64,000 bases of DNA from a virus. Taxonomy: Duplodnaviria; Caudoviricetes. Positions 1 through 9,269 of the stretch are shown here, piece by piece. The notes under the pieces are model-generated. The model ran no database searches. It saw nothing but the letters and a program-made list of their open reading frames with translations, and was not told the DNA's origin. The DNA is taken from positions 16,218-80,217 of the IMG/VR virus record IMGVR_UViG_2931714059_000002; one strand, given 5' to 3'. How positions within the stretch are numbered: position 1 is the stretch's first letter; every line of letters begins with the position of its first letter. The position numbers and the translations under genes were made by a program.

Positions 1-285
1 GGCGCAGATCGGCGCGGTCCCCGTACACCTCCTGGCCCTCACCGACGCCATCACCGCCCAAGAGCCGCCCCCGCCCGGCGCCGCCATCCTCCGCAGCGAC
101 CACGCTGCGGCCCGCCCCAGCGACGCCGAGCTGGCCAGCGCCACCCGCCAACTCCTCGCCCACCTCCACGACCACGACCCGGCCGCCGCCCGCGCTCTGG
201 ACACCGCGCTCCGCCGCTACACCCCGCAGCAGGTCAGCACCTCCACTGCGGCATGACAACCCGACATGAACATGAAGGAGTCCAC

Positions 286-471
286 ATGCCCGAGCACATC
301 CCCCCGATGAAGCGCGTCCGCGTCCGCGGCGGACGCCACGTCCACGCCGTCGTACTCGACGCCGACGGCATCGCCCGCACCGCCTGCGGGAGCCGCAGGC
401 TGCGAGCGGTCGACCGCAAGCAGCCCGCCAGCGAGCCGATCACCTGCCCGAACTGCCGCAAGGTCGCCTGA
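286..471 (+). CDS. Small H/C3-type zinc-finger protein
   Basis: RBS GAAGGAG before ATG 286; motif HVH..TACG..TCPNC. Confidence 0.7.
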   Translation: MPEHIPPMKRVRVRGGRHVHAVVLDADGIARTACGSRRLRAVDRKQPASEPITCPNCRKVA

Positions 472-562
472 CCCCTGGTGGCCCGGCTGACGTCGGGCCA
501 CCCCATCACCAACCCCCAGGGGCCGCCTCCCGCCCGGCAGCCCCACCCGCTCAGGAGCCACC

Positions 563-754
563 ATGCACCACCCCATCCCGGCCGGCGCCCGCGAGGACAT
601 CACCGCCGCCCTCACCCACTGGCACACCGTCACCCCCCAGGCACAGGCCACACCGGAGGCGCTCGCCGACTACCTGTGCGGCGTCCTCGCCGACTGCGGA
701 TGGCGCATCACCCCGACCGCCCAGGACACCTCACACCAGGACACGGCCGCATGA
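563..754 (+). CDS. Hypothetical phage protein
   Basis: AGGAG RBS; stop overlaps next start (ATGA). Confidence 0.7.
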   Translation: MHHPIPAGAREDITAALTHWHTVTPQAQATPEALADYLCGVLADCGWRITPTAQDTSHQDTAA

Positions 755-1311
755 CGATCACACCGCTCAAGGCGCCGGCCTTTCTCGCTGCGCTGCGCCC
801 CGGCGAGAGCACCCCCTGCCGCACAGCGCCACGCCTATTCGACCCGGAGGCCGGCCCCCACTCCCGGGAGGAGGCCCGCGAGATGTGCGGCACATGCCGG
901 CTCCAGGAGGAGTGTCAGGACTGGGCGATCGCCGCGGGTGAGCCCCGCGGGCTGTGGGGCGGGCTGACGCCTATGGAGCGGCGCGAGCGCGGGGCGCGTC
1001 TGGTGGTGCAGCCCTCCAGGCGGCGGTGCTCTGCCTGCGGCCTGCCCGGGGCTCGCCGGGGGCACCGGACGTGCGGGCCCTGTGAGGCCGCAGCGGTCGA
1101 GGAGCGGCGGCGGGCGTGGCTGCGCGTCGAGCACGCGCGGCCGGACGGGGGGAGCGTGCGCGGGTACCGGCTGGAACTACTGCTGGGGTTGGAGACGTGC
1201 GAGCCGTGCCGGGCCGCGTGGCGGGAACGGAGGCGGAGTCTCGCGGACTCACGTCGGCTGGCCTGGGGAGGGTCACCCCCCTCACGCATGCGACGCGACA
1301 AGGCGATTTGA
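751..1311 (+). CDS. WhiB-family Fe-S transcription regulator with C-terminal Cys-rich extension
   Basis: C..C-x2-C-x5-C plus GLWGGLT..ER motif; start ATG 751 inside ORF 478..1311. Confidence 0.88.
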   Translation: MTITPLKAPAFLAALRPGESTPCRTAPRLFDPEAGPHSREEAREMCGTCRLQEECQDWAIAAGEPRGLWGGLTPMERRERGARLVVQPSRRRCSACGLPGARRGHRTCGPCEAAAVEERRRAWLRVEHARPDGGSVRGYRLELLLGLETCEPCRAAWRERRRSLADSRRLAWGGSPPSRMRRDKAI

Positions 1312-1335
1312 CATCACCTTTCAATGTCGTATTCT
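1289..1335 (+). promoter_or_regulatory. Early promoter/operator cassette, copy A (degenerate)
   Basis: TTGACA 1308-1313, TATTCT 1330-1335, flanked by inverted TGCGACA-N4-ATGGYGA-like boxes. Confidence 0.7.
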
Positions 1336-1365
1336 GGGAGTCAGTTCGTCACTCCAGGGAGCACC

Positions 1366-1653
1366 GTGATCACCACACGCACACAGCTGGCCGACCTGAC
1401 GCAGGACCAGCTCGACGCGCTCTACGACCAGATCGCCCGCCTCGGCCGCGACGTGAGCGTGATGCACGACGGCATCAATCGGACCACGCTCGAAGCCCTC
1501 GGGCAGCGACGGGAGATGCGGGAGATCAGCCGCCGCCTCGCTGCCGCCCGCGCCTACGCCACCGACAACGCCTCGCAGCTCTCCCAGGGCGGGCACACCG
1601 AACTGCTGCTCACCCTCGGCGTCCGCCGCCAGACTGAGGGCGGGCAGGCATGA
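1366..1653 (+). CDS. Hypothetical coiled-coil protein
   Basis: GGGAG RBS before GTG 1366; directly downstream of promoter A. Confidence 0.7.
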   Translation: MITTRTQLADLTQDQLDALYDQIARLGRDVSVMHDGINRTTLEALGQRREMREISRRLAAARAYATDNASQLSQGGHTELLLTLGVRRQTEGGQA

Positions 1654-2263
1654 CACACCGCAGCACCGACGGGCGCGCCCTGGGACCGCGAGGGCAGCAG
1701 ACCCGCAAGGCGATCCTGCGCAGCCTCTCCCGGCGGCTCGCCGACACCCCGTATCAGAAGCTCTCAGTCCAGCGTGTGGCGTACATGGCTGGGCAGACGG
1801 ACGTCAACTTCTACCGGTACTTCACGAACATCGACGCCGCCGTCCTGGCGCTGGCCGACGAGGTCGCCGACGAGGGATACAACGCGGACTTCACCAGCCC
1901 CTACGAGTGGCGGACTCTCGCCACGGCTACCCGGATCGTCGCGGACTTCTGCGCGCTGTACGCCAGGCACCGCCCGATCCTGCGCGTGGTCGAACTGCGC
2001 GCGGCCGAGGGTTACACCGAGTACGCCGCCACTCGGGCCCACTTCCTGTACGGCCTCCAGGTGGGCCTGGAGCAGGCCGCATCGCGCCACCGTCCGGACG
2101 CGTCGGACGAGGCGCTGTCCGCCCTCGTCGCGCCGCTCGTGGGAATGCTCGCGGCCCTCGCCGCACACCCGGCGCAGGACAACGCCGTACAGGGTACGCG
2201 GCGGAGATCCTCCATGCCGCTGTGACCGGCGCGCCCGTGTACGTGGCCGCCAGCGAGTACTGA
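1650..2263 (+). CDS. TetR-family regulator; apparent 1-bp frameshift near 2192 (C-terminus continues in another frame to 2263)
   Basis: N-terminal TetR HTH (RGQQTRKAIL..LSVQRVA..FYRYF); alternative frame gives YAAEILHAAVTG, resembling the TetR terminal helix. Confidence 0.8.
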
Positions 2264-2303
2264 CCAACCACCACGGCCCCGCCCCGAGTACGGGCGGGGC
2301 CCG

Positions 2304-2382
2304 CGACGGCCGGCCACCCACCTGCCGCGCCTGCCTCACAACAGCCCGCCGCATCACCGCACAAGGAGCAAATCACATGAGC
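2304..2382 (+). repeat. ~78-bp direct repeat, copy 1 (copy 2 at 3575-3652)
   Basis: Both copies encode DGRPPTCRACLTTARRIT and end in GGAGCA..TCACATGAGC. Confidence 0.85.
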
Positions 2383-3009
2383 ATGAACGACTGTGAAGAG
2401 CTGCAATACCTTATCGACCGTGCCCGAGCCGACGGCTTGTCACCCGCCGAAGGCATCGAGATCGCCGCAGCAGTCGAGCGGCTCCGGGACGAACTGACCG
2501 CCACGCACGAACTGGCCGCCCGCACCCATCGCGCCTACTACGACCTCGCGCGGACGCTCTACCGCCGCGAGGAGACGAGCGCCGATTCTCGCGCGACGTT
2601 GCCCATCACCGACGCCATGGTCCAAGCCGCTGGCGTAGCCATTGAGAGGGAGTGCCTGACCCGGCTGGGGCGGAGCCTGGGAACCGCCTACCGGGACGAC
2701 ATCGCCCACGCTGCGCTCGTAGCTGCTCGGGCGGTCGCATCTCCAGGCGCCAGGACTGAGCAGCCCGTCGGCAACTCGATGTCGGGCGGCCAGGCCGACA
2801 CCGTCGTCCAGGCGGGGACGGTGAACGGCGGCATCAGCACCGGCACCCACACCGTCATCAACGAGCCCACAGGCCCCGTCAACACGGGAGACGGCGCCCA
2901 GATCGTCACCACCTACAGCGGCACCATCACCCAGCAAGTCGGGCAGGGGCACGCCGTCGTCGGCGATGTGCACGGCGGGCTGCACTACAACGCCGGCGAC
3001 CATTCATGA
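2377..3009 (+). CDS. Hypothetical protein with Gly/Thr/Val-rich C-terminal repeats
   Basis: AAGGAG RBS before ATG 2377; ATGA overlap with next gene. Confidence 0.75.
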   Translation: MSMNDCEELQYLIDRARADGLSPAEGIEIAAAVERLRDELTATHELAARTHRAYYDLARTLYRREETSADSRATLPITDAMVQAAGVAIERECLTRLGRSLGTAYRDDIAHAALVAARAVASPGARTEQPVGNSMSGGQADTVVQAGTVNGGISTGTHTVINEPTGPVNTGDGAQIVTTYSGTITQQVGQGHAVVGDVHGGLHYNAGDHS

Positions 3010-3650
3010 CCGCCGTATCCATCACGGCAACCGGCGCCACAGGACTGTCCCCAGGCCAGATCGCCGAGCTGCGCGAACGGGCCCGCCACGAGGCTGGCCC
3101 TTTCGTAGACCCTCACCTCGCCCAGCGAATCCGCGTGCACAACGCGGAGTGGGCGTCCGCGATCCTCGGCCACCCATTCCCCGGCCAGCACCGGGTCACC
3201 TGGCCCGACCTGTACCTGCTGCACATCGCCGCCGAGGCAGAGCCGTCCCCTCCCCCGCCGCCGCTGGCAACCGCAGCAGCAGCCCGCCACCGCGCCGAGC
3301 GGGAAACCGCCCGAGCTGCCGTCGAGCAGGCGTACCGGCAGCAGGTCGAGGAGTGGGAGCAGTTGGCTGCCGGACTTGCCGATCTCGGCGTCCGTGCCGA
3401 GGTCCGCCACAACTACACCTCGCACCGGCACCTTGACTGCTACCGCCAGGGGGGCGACCACATCTACCTGCTGGATGACCTGCACATCGGCCGCCTTCAA
3501 CGATCGGCCGGGCGTGTCCTGTGCTTCACGCCCAGCCGCGCCAAGGACCTCCAGGACTTTCCCGATGCCGCCACCGACGGCCGGCCACCGACCTGCCGCG
3601 CTTGCCTCACCACCGCGCGCCGCATCACCACACGAGGAGCAGTCACATGA
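3006..3650 (+). CDS. Hypothetical protein with C-terminal H/C3 zinc finger
   Basis: Coupled ORF; HIYL..VLC..TCRAC. Confidence 0.75.
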   Translation: MTAVSITATGATGLSPGQIAELRERARHEAGPFVDPHLAQRIRVHNAEWASAILGHPFPGQHRVTWPDLYLLHIAAEAEPSPPPPPLATAAAARHRAERETARAAVEQAYRQQVEEWEQLAAGLADLGVRAEVRHNYTSHRHLDCYRQGGDHIYLLDDLHIGRLQRSAGRVLCFTPSRAKDLQDFPDAATDGRPPTCRACLTTARRITTRGAVT

Positions 3651-4207
3651 GCGGGCCCACTCTGGACGACGACCCGGCCGAGGTCACCGTAGACGGTGAC
3701 GTCTGGTCCCGGATCGGCATCACCTCCAACGCCCGGCACCTGTATGCGCCCCGGGACCGTCGCCCGTGGGATCGCCGTGAGGCGACGCTGCCCGCGCTCG
3801 TCGCCGCCAGCCACACCGTGGTGCCCAGGCACCCCGCCGAGGCGGAAGTGGAGCAGCTGCGTCACCAGCTCCGCAGCCTCAGGGCGGACTACCGACGCGC
3901 GGTCGCCGAGGCCCGGGGCCGGAAGGAGTACGGCGAGCGCCTCGCGGCGCAGCTGGAGCAGCTCGGCCAGCCGGTGCATGAGCGCGAGGAGCCCGCTGCG
4001 GAACGGTCGGCCTCGCCCCGATACCCGCTGATGGTGCAGCTCCCCGGCGGGCGCGTCCGGCACGCCGCCCGACAGGCCCCCAACGGCCGCGTGTCCACGC
4101 TGTGCGGCAAGGCCGGGCGCCCCATCAGCGACGGCTCCGAGCTCTCGTACTGCCGCGCCTGTGCGAGCCGGCCGAACCCCATCTCCCAGCAGTACGCCGG
4201 GACCTGA
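3647..4207 (+). CDS. Hypothetical coiled-coil + zinc-finger protein
   Basis: GAGGAG RBS, ATG 3647; RH..TLCG..YCRAC. Confidence 0.75.
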   Translation: MSGPTLDDDPAEVTVDGDVWSRIGITSNARHLYAPRDRRPWDRREATLPALVAASHTVVPRHPAEAEVEQLRHQLRSLRADYRRAVAEARGRKEYGERLAAQLEQLGQPVHEREEPAAERSASPRYPLMVQLPGGRVRHAARQAPNGRVSTLCGKAGRPISDGSELSYCRACASRPNPISQQYAGT

Positions 4208-4209
4208 GC

Positions 4210-4593
4210 GTGCCGATCCGCCCCGAGCAGCGCGCCCTGTACCCGCCGGACTGGCCGGAGATCTCCCGCCGCATCCGCGCGGACCGGGCCGCCTGGCGGT
4301 GCGAGTGCGACGGCCGGTGCGGCGTCCCCCACGACGCGGGGCGCTGCCCAGCCGTCCACGGCCAACCGAGCCCGCTCACCGGATCAAGGGTCGTACTCAC
4401 CGTCGCGCACCTCGACCACCAGCCGACCAACTGCTCCCCGGACAACCTCATGGCCGCCTGCCAGGCGTGCCACCTGCGATACGACGCCGACCACCACCGG
4501 CAAACCGCCGCCACCACCCGCCGCGCCGCCATCGAGGCAGCCGGCCAGACCGCCCTCAACATCCCGCTCGGGCACCTGGAGATCACCCCATGA
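4210..4593 (+). CDS. HNH-endonuclease-like protein
   Basis: YPPDW..RCEC..LTVAHLDH..N..NL.A.CQ.CH..YD; GTG 4210. Confidence 0.8.
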   Translation: MPIRPEQRALYPPDWPEISRRIRADRAAWRCECDGRCGVPHDAGRCPAVHGQPSPLTGSRVVLTVAHLDHQPTNCSPDNLMAACQACHLRYDADHHRQTAATTRRAAIEAAGQTALNIPLGHLEITP

Positions 4594-5735
4594 CGTACCC
4601 ACTGGACGATGCCGACAGCGTGCAGCGCCTGGCGCTCAACGTCATCGCCGAACAGGCTGCCGAGACACAGACCCTGACCCGGGTCATCGGTCAGCAGGAC
4701 AGCGACGACTCGGTCCGTGCCGGCATCCAGACCGCGATGCGCGGCATCGCCGCGGCGACGCTGCACCGCATCGCCGGCCAACTGCCCGACGCCACGCCAG
4801 CTCACCGGGAGTGGCTGGAGGAGCAGGCCGACGGCCTCCACCTGGACGTCACCGAGATCCTCACCGGCGCGTGGGGCACCCCGCCCGACGACCCGGACGG
4901 GGCGCCCAGCGAGGCGCCCACAGTCGTCACGGACCCCACCGCTCCGGACCAGGTCCTCGTCACCATCCCGGACCTGCGGTACCTGGAGACCGACGCCGGA
5001 ACCTGGTCCGCGCAGATCGGCCTGTATCGGTACCACCTGCTCGCTCTGCGGGACGAGATTGACCGCTTCATCCCGCCGTCCGGCGCGGTGGCCGGCGCCC
5101 TCGCGCGCGAGCTGGAGCGCAGCACCCACCAGGCGGAGGAGTCACGGCGCGCCGTGACCCGCCTCGCCACGCTGATCCGCGACTCTCAGCAGCTCCTCGA
5201 CGTCGTCCAGGAGGACGGCAACGGCCGGTGGCTGTGGGGCGAGATCGAGGGCGCCCTGCGCCAAGCTGAGACGGCCGTTCAGCCCCTCGGGGGGGCGCTG
5301 CTGCCGCATCAGCTGCGGGATGAGCCCGAGCGTCTGGACCGGCGCTCACTGCCCGTGATGCCCGCAGACGACGAGACGGCAGTGCGCGATCGCGTGGCCG
5401 GCGGCGAGGGGCTGTCGCCGGAGCTGGCGCGCGCGCTGTGGCAGGAGCTGGAGCGCACCCGCGTTGAGCGGAGCGCCTGGATGCTGGAGGTGCAGCGTGC
5501 CGCTGCCGAGGAGCAGCGGCACGAGCGGTTCGAGGTGGCGGCCGGCGCTCGGATGCTCCAGCACATGACGGCCGAGGTCCAGCGGATGGCAGACCGGATG
5601 ACGCCCGATCAGGTCGCGTCGCGCCGCGTCGCGTGGGAGCAGGCGCTGCCGGGCGCTGCTGGGAGCCCGTCCGAGTACCGGATGGTCGAGATGCGGGCGG
5701 CGGCGTGGCGCGCGGCGCGCCCGGGGCTGTCGTGA
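4590..5735 (+). CDS. Hypothetical phage protein
   Basis: GGAG RBS, ATG 4590 overlapping previous stop; GC3-rich frame. Confidence 0.75.
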   Translation: MTYPLDDADSVQRLALNVIAEQAAETQTLTRVIGQQDSDDSVRAGIQTAMRGIAAATLHRIAGQLPDATPAHREWLEEQADGLHLDVTEILTGAWGTPPDDPDGAPSEAPTVVTDPTAPDQVLVTIPDLRYLETDAGTWSAQIGLYRYHLLALRDEIDRFIPPSGAVAGALARELERSTHQAEESRRAVTRLATLIRDSQQLLDVVQEDGNGRWLWGEIEGALRQAETAVQPLGGALLPHQLRDEPERLDRRSLPVMPADDETAVRDRVAGGEGLSPELARALWQELERTRVERSAWMLEVQRAAAEEQRHERFEVAAGARMLQHMTAEVQRMADRMTPDQVASRRVAWEQALPGAAGSPSEYRMVEMRAAAWRAARPGLS

Positions 5736-6001
5736 GTCGGCCCTATCAGGAGACCGGTGAGGGCCTGCGCTGCCCGATCGAGGACTGCACGGCCCGGGTC
5801 GAGGAGTGGGAGCTGCACGAGCACCTGGAGGACGAGCACGAGCGGGACGAGCTGATCGACTGTCTCGTCCAGCTGGCGCCGGATCTGCCGTACCACCGCG
5901 ATGTGGAGTGCGAGATGTGCGGCGCGTGTGGCGCTCGACCCGGTGATCACCCGCTGTGCGAGAGCTGCGAGACGCGCCAAGGGTGGCATTTCCGCGGCTG
6001 A
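5732..6001 (+). CDS. Small Cys/His-rich (zinc-binding) protein
   Basis: GTGA overlap; CPIEDC..H..H, CEMCGAC, CESC. Confidence 0.7.
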   Translation: MSRPYQETGEGLRCPIEDCTARVEEWELHEHLEDEHERDELIDCLVQLAPDLPYHRDVECEMCGACGARPGDHPLCESCETRQGWHFRG

Positions 6002-6226
6002 AATTAAGGTCGCCTCGCCCCCGGACTGTCCCGGGGGCGAGGCGCTGTCGTGTGTGGGCGACGGGACCGGGGGCCACTCCGTCCCCGCGCAGTGGGCCCC
6101 GCCTGACTGCGGCACTGCCTGCGGGAGGGTCCGTTTGCACGGCCCCGACCTGTTCCCGGCTCCCGTCGCCACACTGAGCGTACCGGTCGTCACCACAAGC
6201 GCGCCTGGTTTCTGTGCCCTTGGGCG

Positions 6227-6283
6227 TGTCCGGACAGCATCCGGACAAGCTATCCGGGGCGCTCCGGACAAGGCGCGGACAAG
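6227..6283. repeat. Cluster of (TGTC)CGGACA motifs
   Basis: CGGACA at 6231, 6242, 6265, 6276. Confidence 0.7.
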
Positions 6284-6324
6284 CTTCTGATCTGCGAGGA
6301 CATGGCGGGCAAGCCTATCCGGAG

Positions 6325-6375
6325 TACGACACGACATGGTGCTTTGACATCACCATGCGATGTCGCAATACTTGA
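6325..6375 (+). promoter_or_regulatory. Early promoter/operator cassette, copy B
   Basis: TACGACACGACATGGTGC-T-TTGACA-TCACCATGCGATGTCGC-AATACT. Confidence 0.8.
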
Positions 6376-6404
6376 CCCATCGCCACCCACCCAGGGAGAA
6401 ACAG

Positions 6405-6959
6405 ATGACTGCCAGCACCATCGCCGCCACCACCGTCCTCCGCGCGCTGGCCGCCGCTGGCATCACCGACCCGGCCCGCACCGCGCAGGCCCTGGACGCC
6501 GCCGGCCTCCTCACGCCCACCGCCGACCCGGCTCCGGCTCCGGCGAGCATCGACATCACCGTGCTGTCGCTCATCGACGGATCCGTGCAGACCGTCACCC
6601 TGACCGACTACTACACCCAGGACATCGACGGCGAGCACAAGATCGCTGGCCGTGTGGACGCCGACGAGGCAGTGATCGGGCCGGTCGTCATCAAGGTGAC
6701 CCTGCCCGACGGCACGCGCATCTTCCGGTCGGCCGAGTCCCAGATGACGAAGTTCGGCTTCGGGCGCCCCTACCTGGCCATGCGGTCGCACAGCGCGACC
6801 GGGCCCGCGAGCGAAGCGTTCGTTCTCGGCTACAACACGGCGCTCGGGGCCGTGGAAGAGACCCGGTCGACCTACCGCCGCGCGCAGCTGGACATCAACC
6901 GCATCGGGCGGAGTGAGCACGCCACCGACTTCACCCTCATCTTCCCTCGCCTCAGCTAG
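6405..6959 (+). CDS. Hypothetical phage protein
   Basis: GGGAG RBS, ATG 6405 downstream of promoter B. Confidence 0.75.
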   Translation: MTASTIAATTVLRALAAAGITDPARTAQALDAAGLLTPTADPAPAPASIDITVLSLIDGSVQTVTLTDYYTQDIDGEHKIAGRVDADEAVIGPVVIKVTLPDGTRIFRSAESQMTKFGFGRPYLAMRSHSATGPASEAFVLGYNTALGAVEETRSTYRRAQLDINRIGRSEHATDFTLIFPRLS

Positions 6960-7030
6960 CCAGCCTGCCGCCGGACTGGCGGACAAGGGGCGCCAGCGCC
7001 CTGAGCTGTGCGGATGGGTGTCCGGACCGT

Positions 7031-7131
7031 CCGGACACCCATCCCGGGAATGCGACACGAGATGGCGATTTGACATCGCCATGTGATGTCGCAATGATGG
7101 GCACATCGACACCACCTAGGGAGATCCGATG
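7031..7131 (+). promoter_or_regulatory. Early promoter/operator/RBS cassette, copy C (near-identical to 10231-10330)
   Basis: TGCGACACGAGATGGCGA-T-TTGACA-TCGCCATGTGATGTCGCAAT...GGGAGATCCGATG. Confidence 0.85.
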
Positions 7132-7323
7132 GCACGCACCGACCACCACGGCCCCCGCCAGATCCCCACCCGCACCGCGCTCTACCGCGCCAGCCCCGGC
7201 GTCCGCACCCGCCACCAGCGCGCCGCCCACAAGCAGAACCGCCAGGGCGCCCGCCTCGCCCTCCGCCAGGGCACCGAGCCGCCCCGAACACAGCGCCGCC
7301 GCGTGGACTGGGACGTCACCTGA
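7129..7323 (+). CDS. Small basic (Arg-rich) protein
   Basis: GGGAG RBS directly after promoter C. Confidence 0.7.
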   Translation: MARTDHHGPRQIPTRTALYRASPGVRTRHQRAAHKQNRQGARLALRQGTEPPRTQRRRVDWDVT

Positions 7324-7387
7324 GAGCCCGGACAAGCACCTGACCTGCACGGACAAAGACCGGACAACACCTCACCTGGGAGAGACC

Positions 7388-7624
7388 ATGAAGATCGACG
7401 ACACCTACGACACCTACGAGACCACCGGCCAGCTCCTGACTCGGATCATCGAGGGCCCCGCCACGGTCGAGGATGTATGGCTGCTGGTCATCGTGCGCGG
7501 CGAGAACCTCCGGACGCTCCACCACATGAAGCACGTCGCCAACCAGCACGGCATGCCGGCGCTGCGGAAGCTCATCCGGGACTTCGGACGCTATGAGGCC
7601 CGGCGGATCGCCAAGACCTGCTGA
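7388..7624 (+). CDS. Hypothetical protein
   Basis: GGGAG RBS, ATG 7388; followed by a large hairpin. Confidence 0.7.
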   Translation: MKIDDTYDTYETTGQLLTRIIEGPATVEDVWLLVIVRGENLRTLHHMKHVANQHGMPALRKLIRDFGRYEARRIAKTC

Positions 7625-7630
7625 CTGCAC

Positions 7631-7683
7631 CCTCAACGACTGATGCCCGACCCCTTCGCGGGGTCGGGCATCAGTCGTTGAGG
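7631..7683. terminator. Perfect 24-bp-stem hairpin between convergent genes (bidirectional terminator)
   Basis: CCTCAACGACTGATGCCCGACCCC-TTCGC-GGGGTCGGGCATCAGTCGTTGAGG. Confidence 0.85.
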
Positions 7684-7841
7684 CGCGGTCGTTCCTGGCT
7701 CACATCGCACGCCTTGGCTATGAGGTACTGCGCGATGGAGTCAGATTCACTATCGACCTGTTCCGCACCCAGGGCGCCCCCCTCGGAGCGAAGGACGCGG
7801 GTGCGCACGGCGAGCACATTACTACCTCTCGCACTGCCGGC

Positions 7842-8543
7842 CTACGCGCCCTCCTCGCGGCCGGCCGTCTCGCCGGCGGACGGCGCGTGCTCGACACGCC
7901 AGCCCTCCCGCGTCAGCATGCCCTCGGCCTGGAGGCGATCCAAAGCCTTGCCGACCACATCGAGTGACGCCCCGTAGGTCTCCGCGAGCTCGGCCGCCGG
8001 TGGCAGGGGCGTGCCGGCCGCTGCGTCGGCGTAGTCCCGGCGCAGCATCTGCACCAGATGCTCCGAGGTCACCCGCCACGGCGGCAGGCCGGCATCTCTC
8101 CGCATGGCGTCGATGTAGTTCTGATCGTAGGGCGCCGCGGCAGCCAGCTGCTTGGGCGAGACCTCCTGGGCCTCAATGAGGCGCAGCAGCTCGGCGTGCA
8201 CCTCCGTGCGCAGTTCCTCCAGGCGATCCTGGGCCGCTTGGTGCGCCTGCGCCTTGCGCTTGACCTCCCGGATCGCAGCCTGGGACGTCATGTCCTCGGA
8301 GACGGCCGGCAGCCTACGCCCACTTTCGGCTGCGGACTTGGCCGAGCGCTCGACCGTCCGGCGCGAGTAGCCAGCCGCCTCAGCGAGGTTGCCGGTGGTG
8401 GCCGTACCGGCGATCTTGTGGGCGGCGACAGCGTCTTGGAGCGGCTTGCGGGTCTTTGTGATCTGGGTCTGGGCGTCCTTGATCCGGCTGGTCAGGTCCC
8501 TGAGCGTGGCGAGGGGATCGGGGGCTCTCTGGGTGGTGGGCAT
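7842..8543 (-). CDS. Multi-HTH DNA-binding protein (C-terminal GntR-like wHTH); candidate early-gene repressor
   Basis: LAEAAGYSRRTV HTH; LPPAAELAETYGASLDVVGKALDRLQAEGML GntR motif; divergent from operator cluster D. Confidence 0.75.
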   Translation of the reverse strand: MPTTQRAPDPLATLRDLTSRIKDAQTQITKTRKPLQDAVAAHKIAGTATTGNLAEAAGYSRRTVERSAKSAAESGRRLPAVSEDMTSQAAIREVKRKAQAHQAAQDRLEELRTEVHAELLRLIEAQEVSPKQLAAAAPYDQNYIDAMRRDAGLPPWRVTSEHLVQMLRRDYADAAAGTPLPPAAELAETYGASLDVVGKALDRLQAEGMLTREGWRVEHAPSAGETAGREEGA

Positions 8544-8560
8544 GCGGGCATGATGCCACA

Positions 8561-8630
8561 GTGCGACACGGCATTGCGACATCACATGGCGACTTGACAT
8601 TGCGACACAACATGGCGATTATGGATGTCA
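8561..8630. promoter_or_regulatory. Divergent promoter/operator region, copy D
   Basis: TGCGACATCACATGGCGA-C-TTGACA-T-TGCGACACAACATGGCGA. Confidence 0.8.
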
Positions 8631-8664
8631 AGCGTAAGTCGCATCCAGCGCCGAGGGGACCACC

Positions 8665-9246
8665 ATGCGCATCACCGCCCGCCAGACCACCGCCCGCACC
8701 GAGACCGACCTGACCCGCGCCATCGAGCGCGAGCAGCCCGTCACGGTGACTTACCTGGCGGAGGAGACGCGGGACGTGATCGCCGTGGACTCCACCGGCC
8801 AGGCCGCGCGCCGCACCGTCAAAACCGGCGGCCACGTGGAGATCGTCCGCACCATCGAGCCGCGCGACCGCATCACCACCCGCGCCGGACACACCGTCAT
8901 CAAGGCGCTGTGCCGCAAGTCCGGCGGGCACCGCAGCTACCGCCTTGACCGCCTCGTGTCCTACACCGTGCACCGGGGCACCCACCTCATCGCCGAGCCC
9001 GCCCCGCGCACGGCCCGGACGCTGGACGACATCTCCACGGGCTGCACCCTCGGGCACGGCAAGCACCGCTACACCGTGACCGCCAACGGCACCCCCGTGC
9101 ACCACGGCACCGAGCCCGGCCCGGCCCACGCCGCCCTCGCGGGCGCCGGACGAAGCGCCCGGACCGTCGCCGCCGCCGAGGACGGCACGTACTGCCTGGA
9201 TGCCACCCGGCACATGACGGCGCGCGGCGCCCTCACGGACATCTGA
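8665..9246 (+). CDS. Stand-alone WYL-domain protein
   Basis: AI..VTVTY..RTIEP..IKALC..G.HRSYRLDRL pattern; no N-terminal HTH. Confidence 0.75.
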   Translation: MRITARQTTARTETDLTRAIEREQPVTVTYLAEETRDVIAVDSTGQAARRTVKTGGHVEIVRTIEPRDRITTRAGHTVIKALCRKSGGHRSYRLDRLVSYTVHRGTHLIAEPAPRTARTLDDISTGCTLGHGKHRYTVTANGTPVHHGTEPGPAHAALAGAGRSARTVAAAEDGTYCLDATRHMTARGALTDI

Positions 9247-9269
9247 CACAGAATCAGGAGAACCACCCC

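Noticed and set aside
4210-4593. HNH protein as the effector for the mini-array
   Set aside because: An ordinary small phage HNH, 50 kb away, with no RNA-guided nuclease features.
6001-6225. Hairpin-rich intergenic stretches (also 25722-25950 and 42766-42957) as ncRNAs
   Set aside because: GC-rich stems are compatible with terminators; no recognisable RNA family and no covariation data available.
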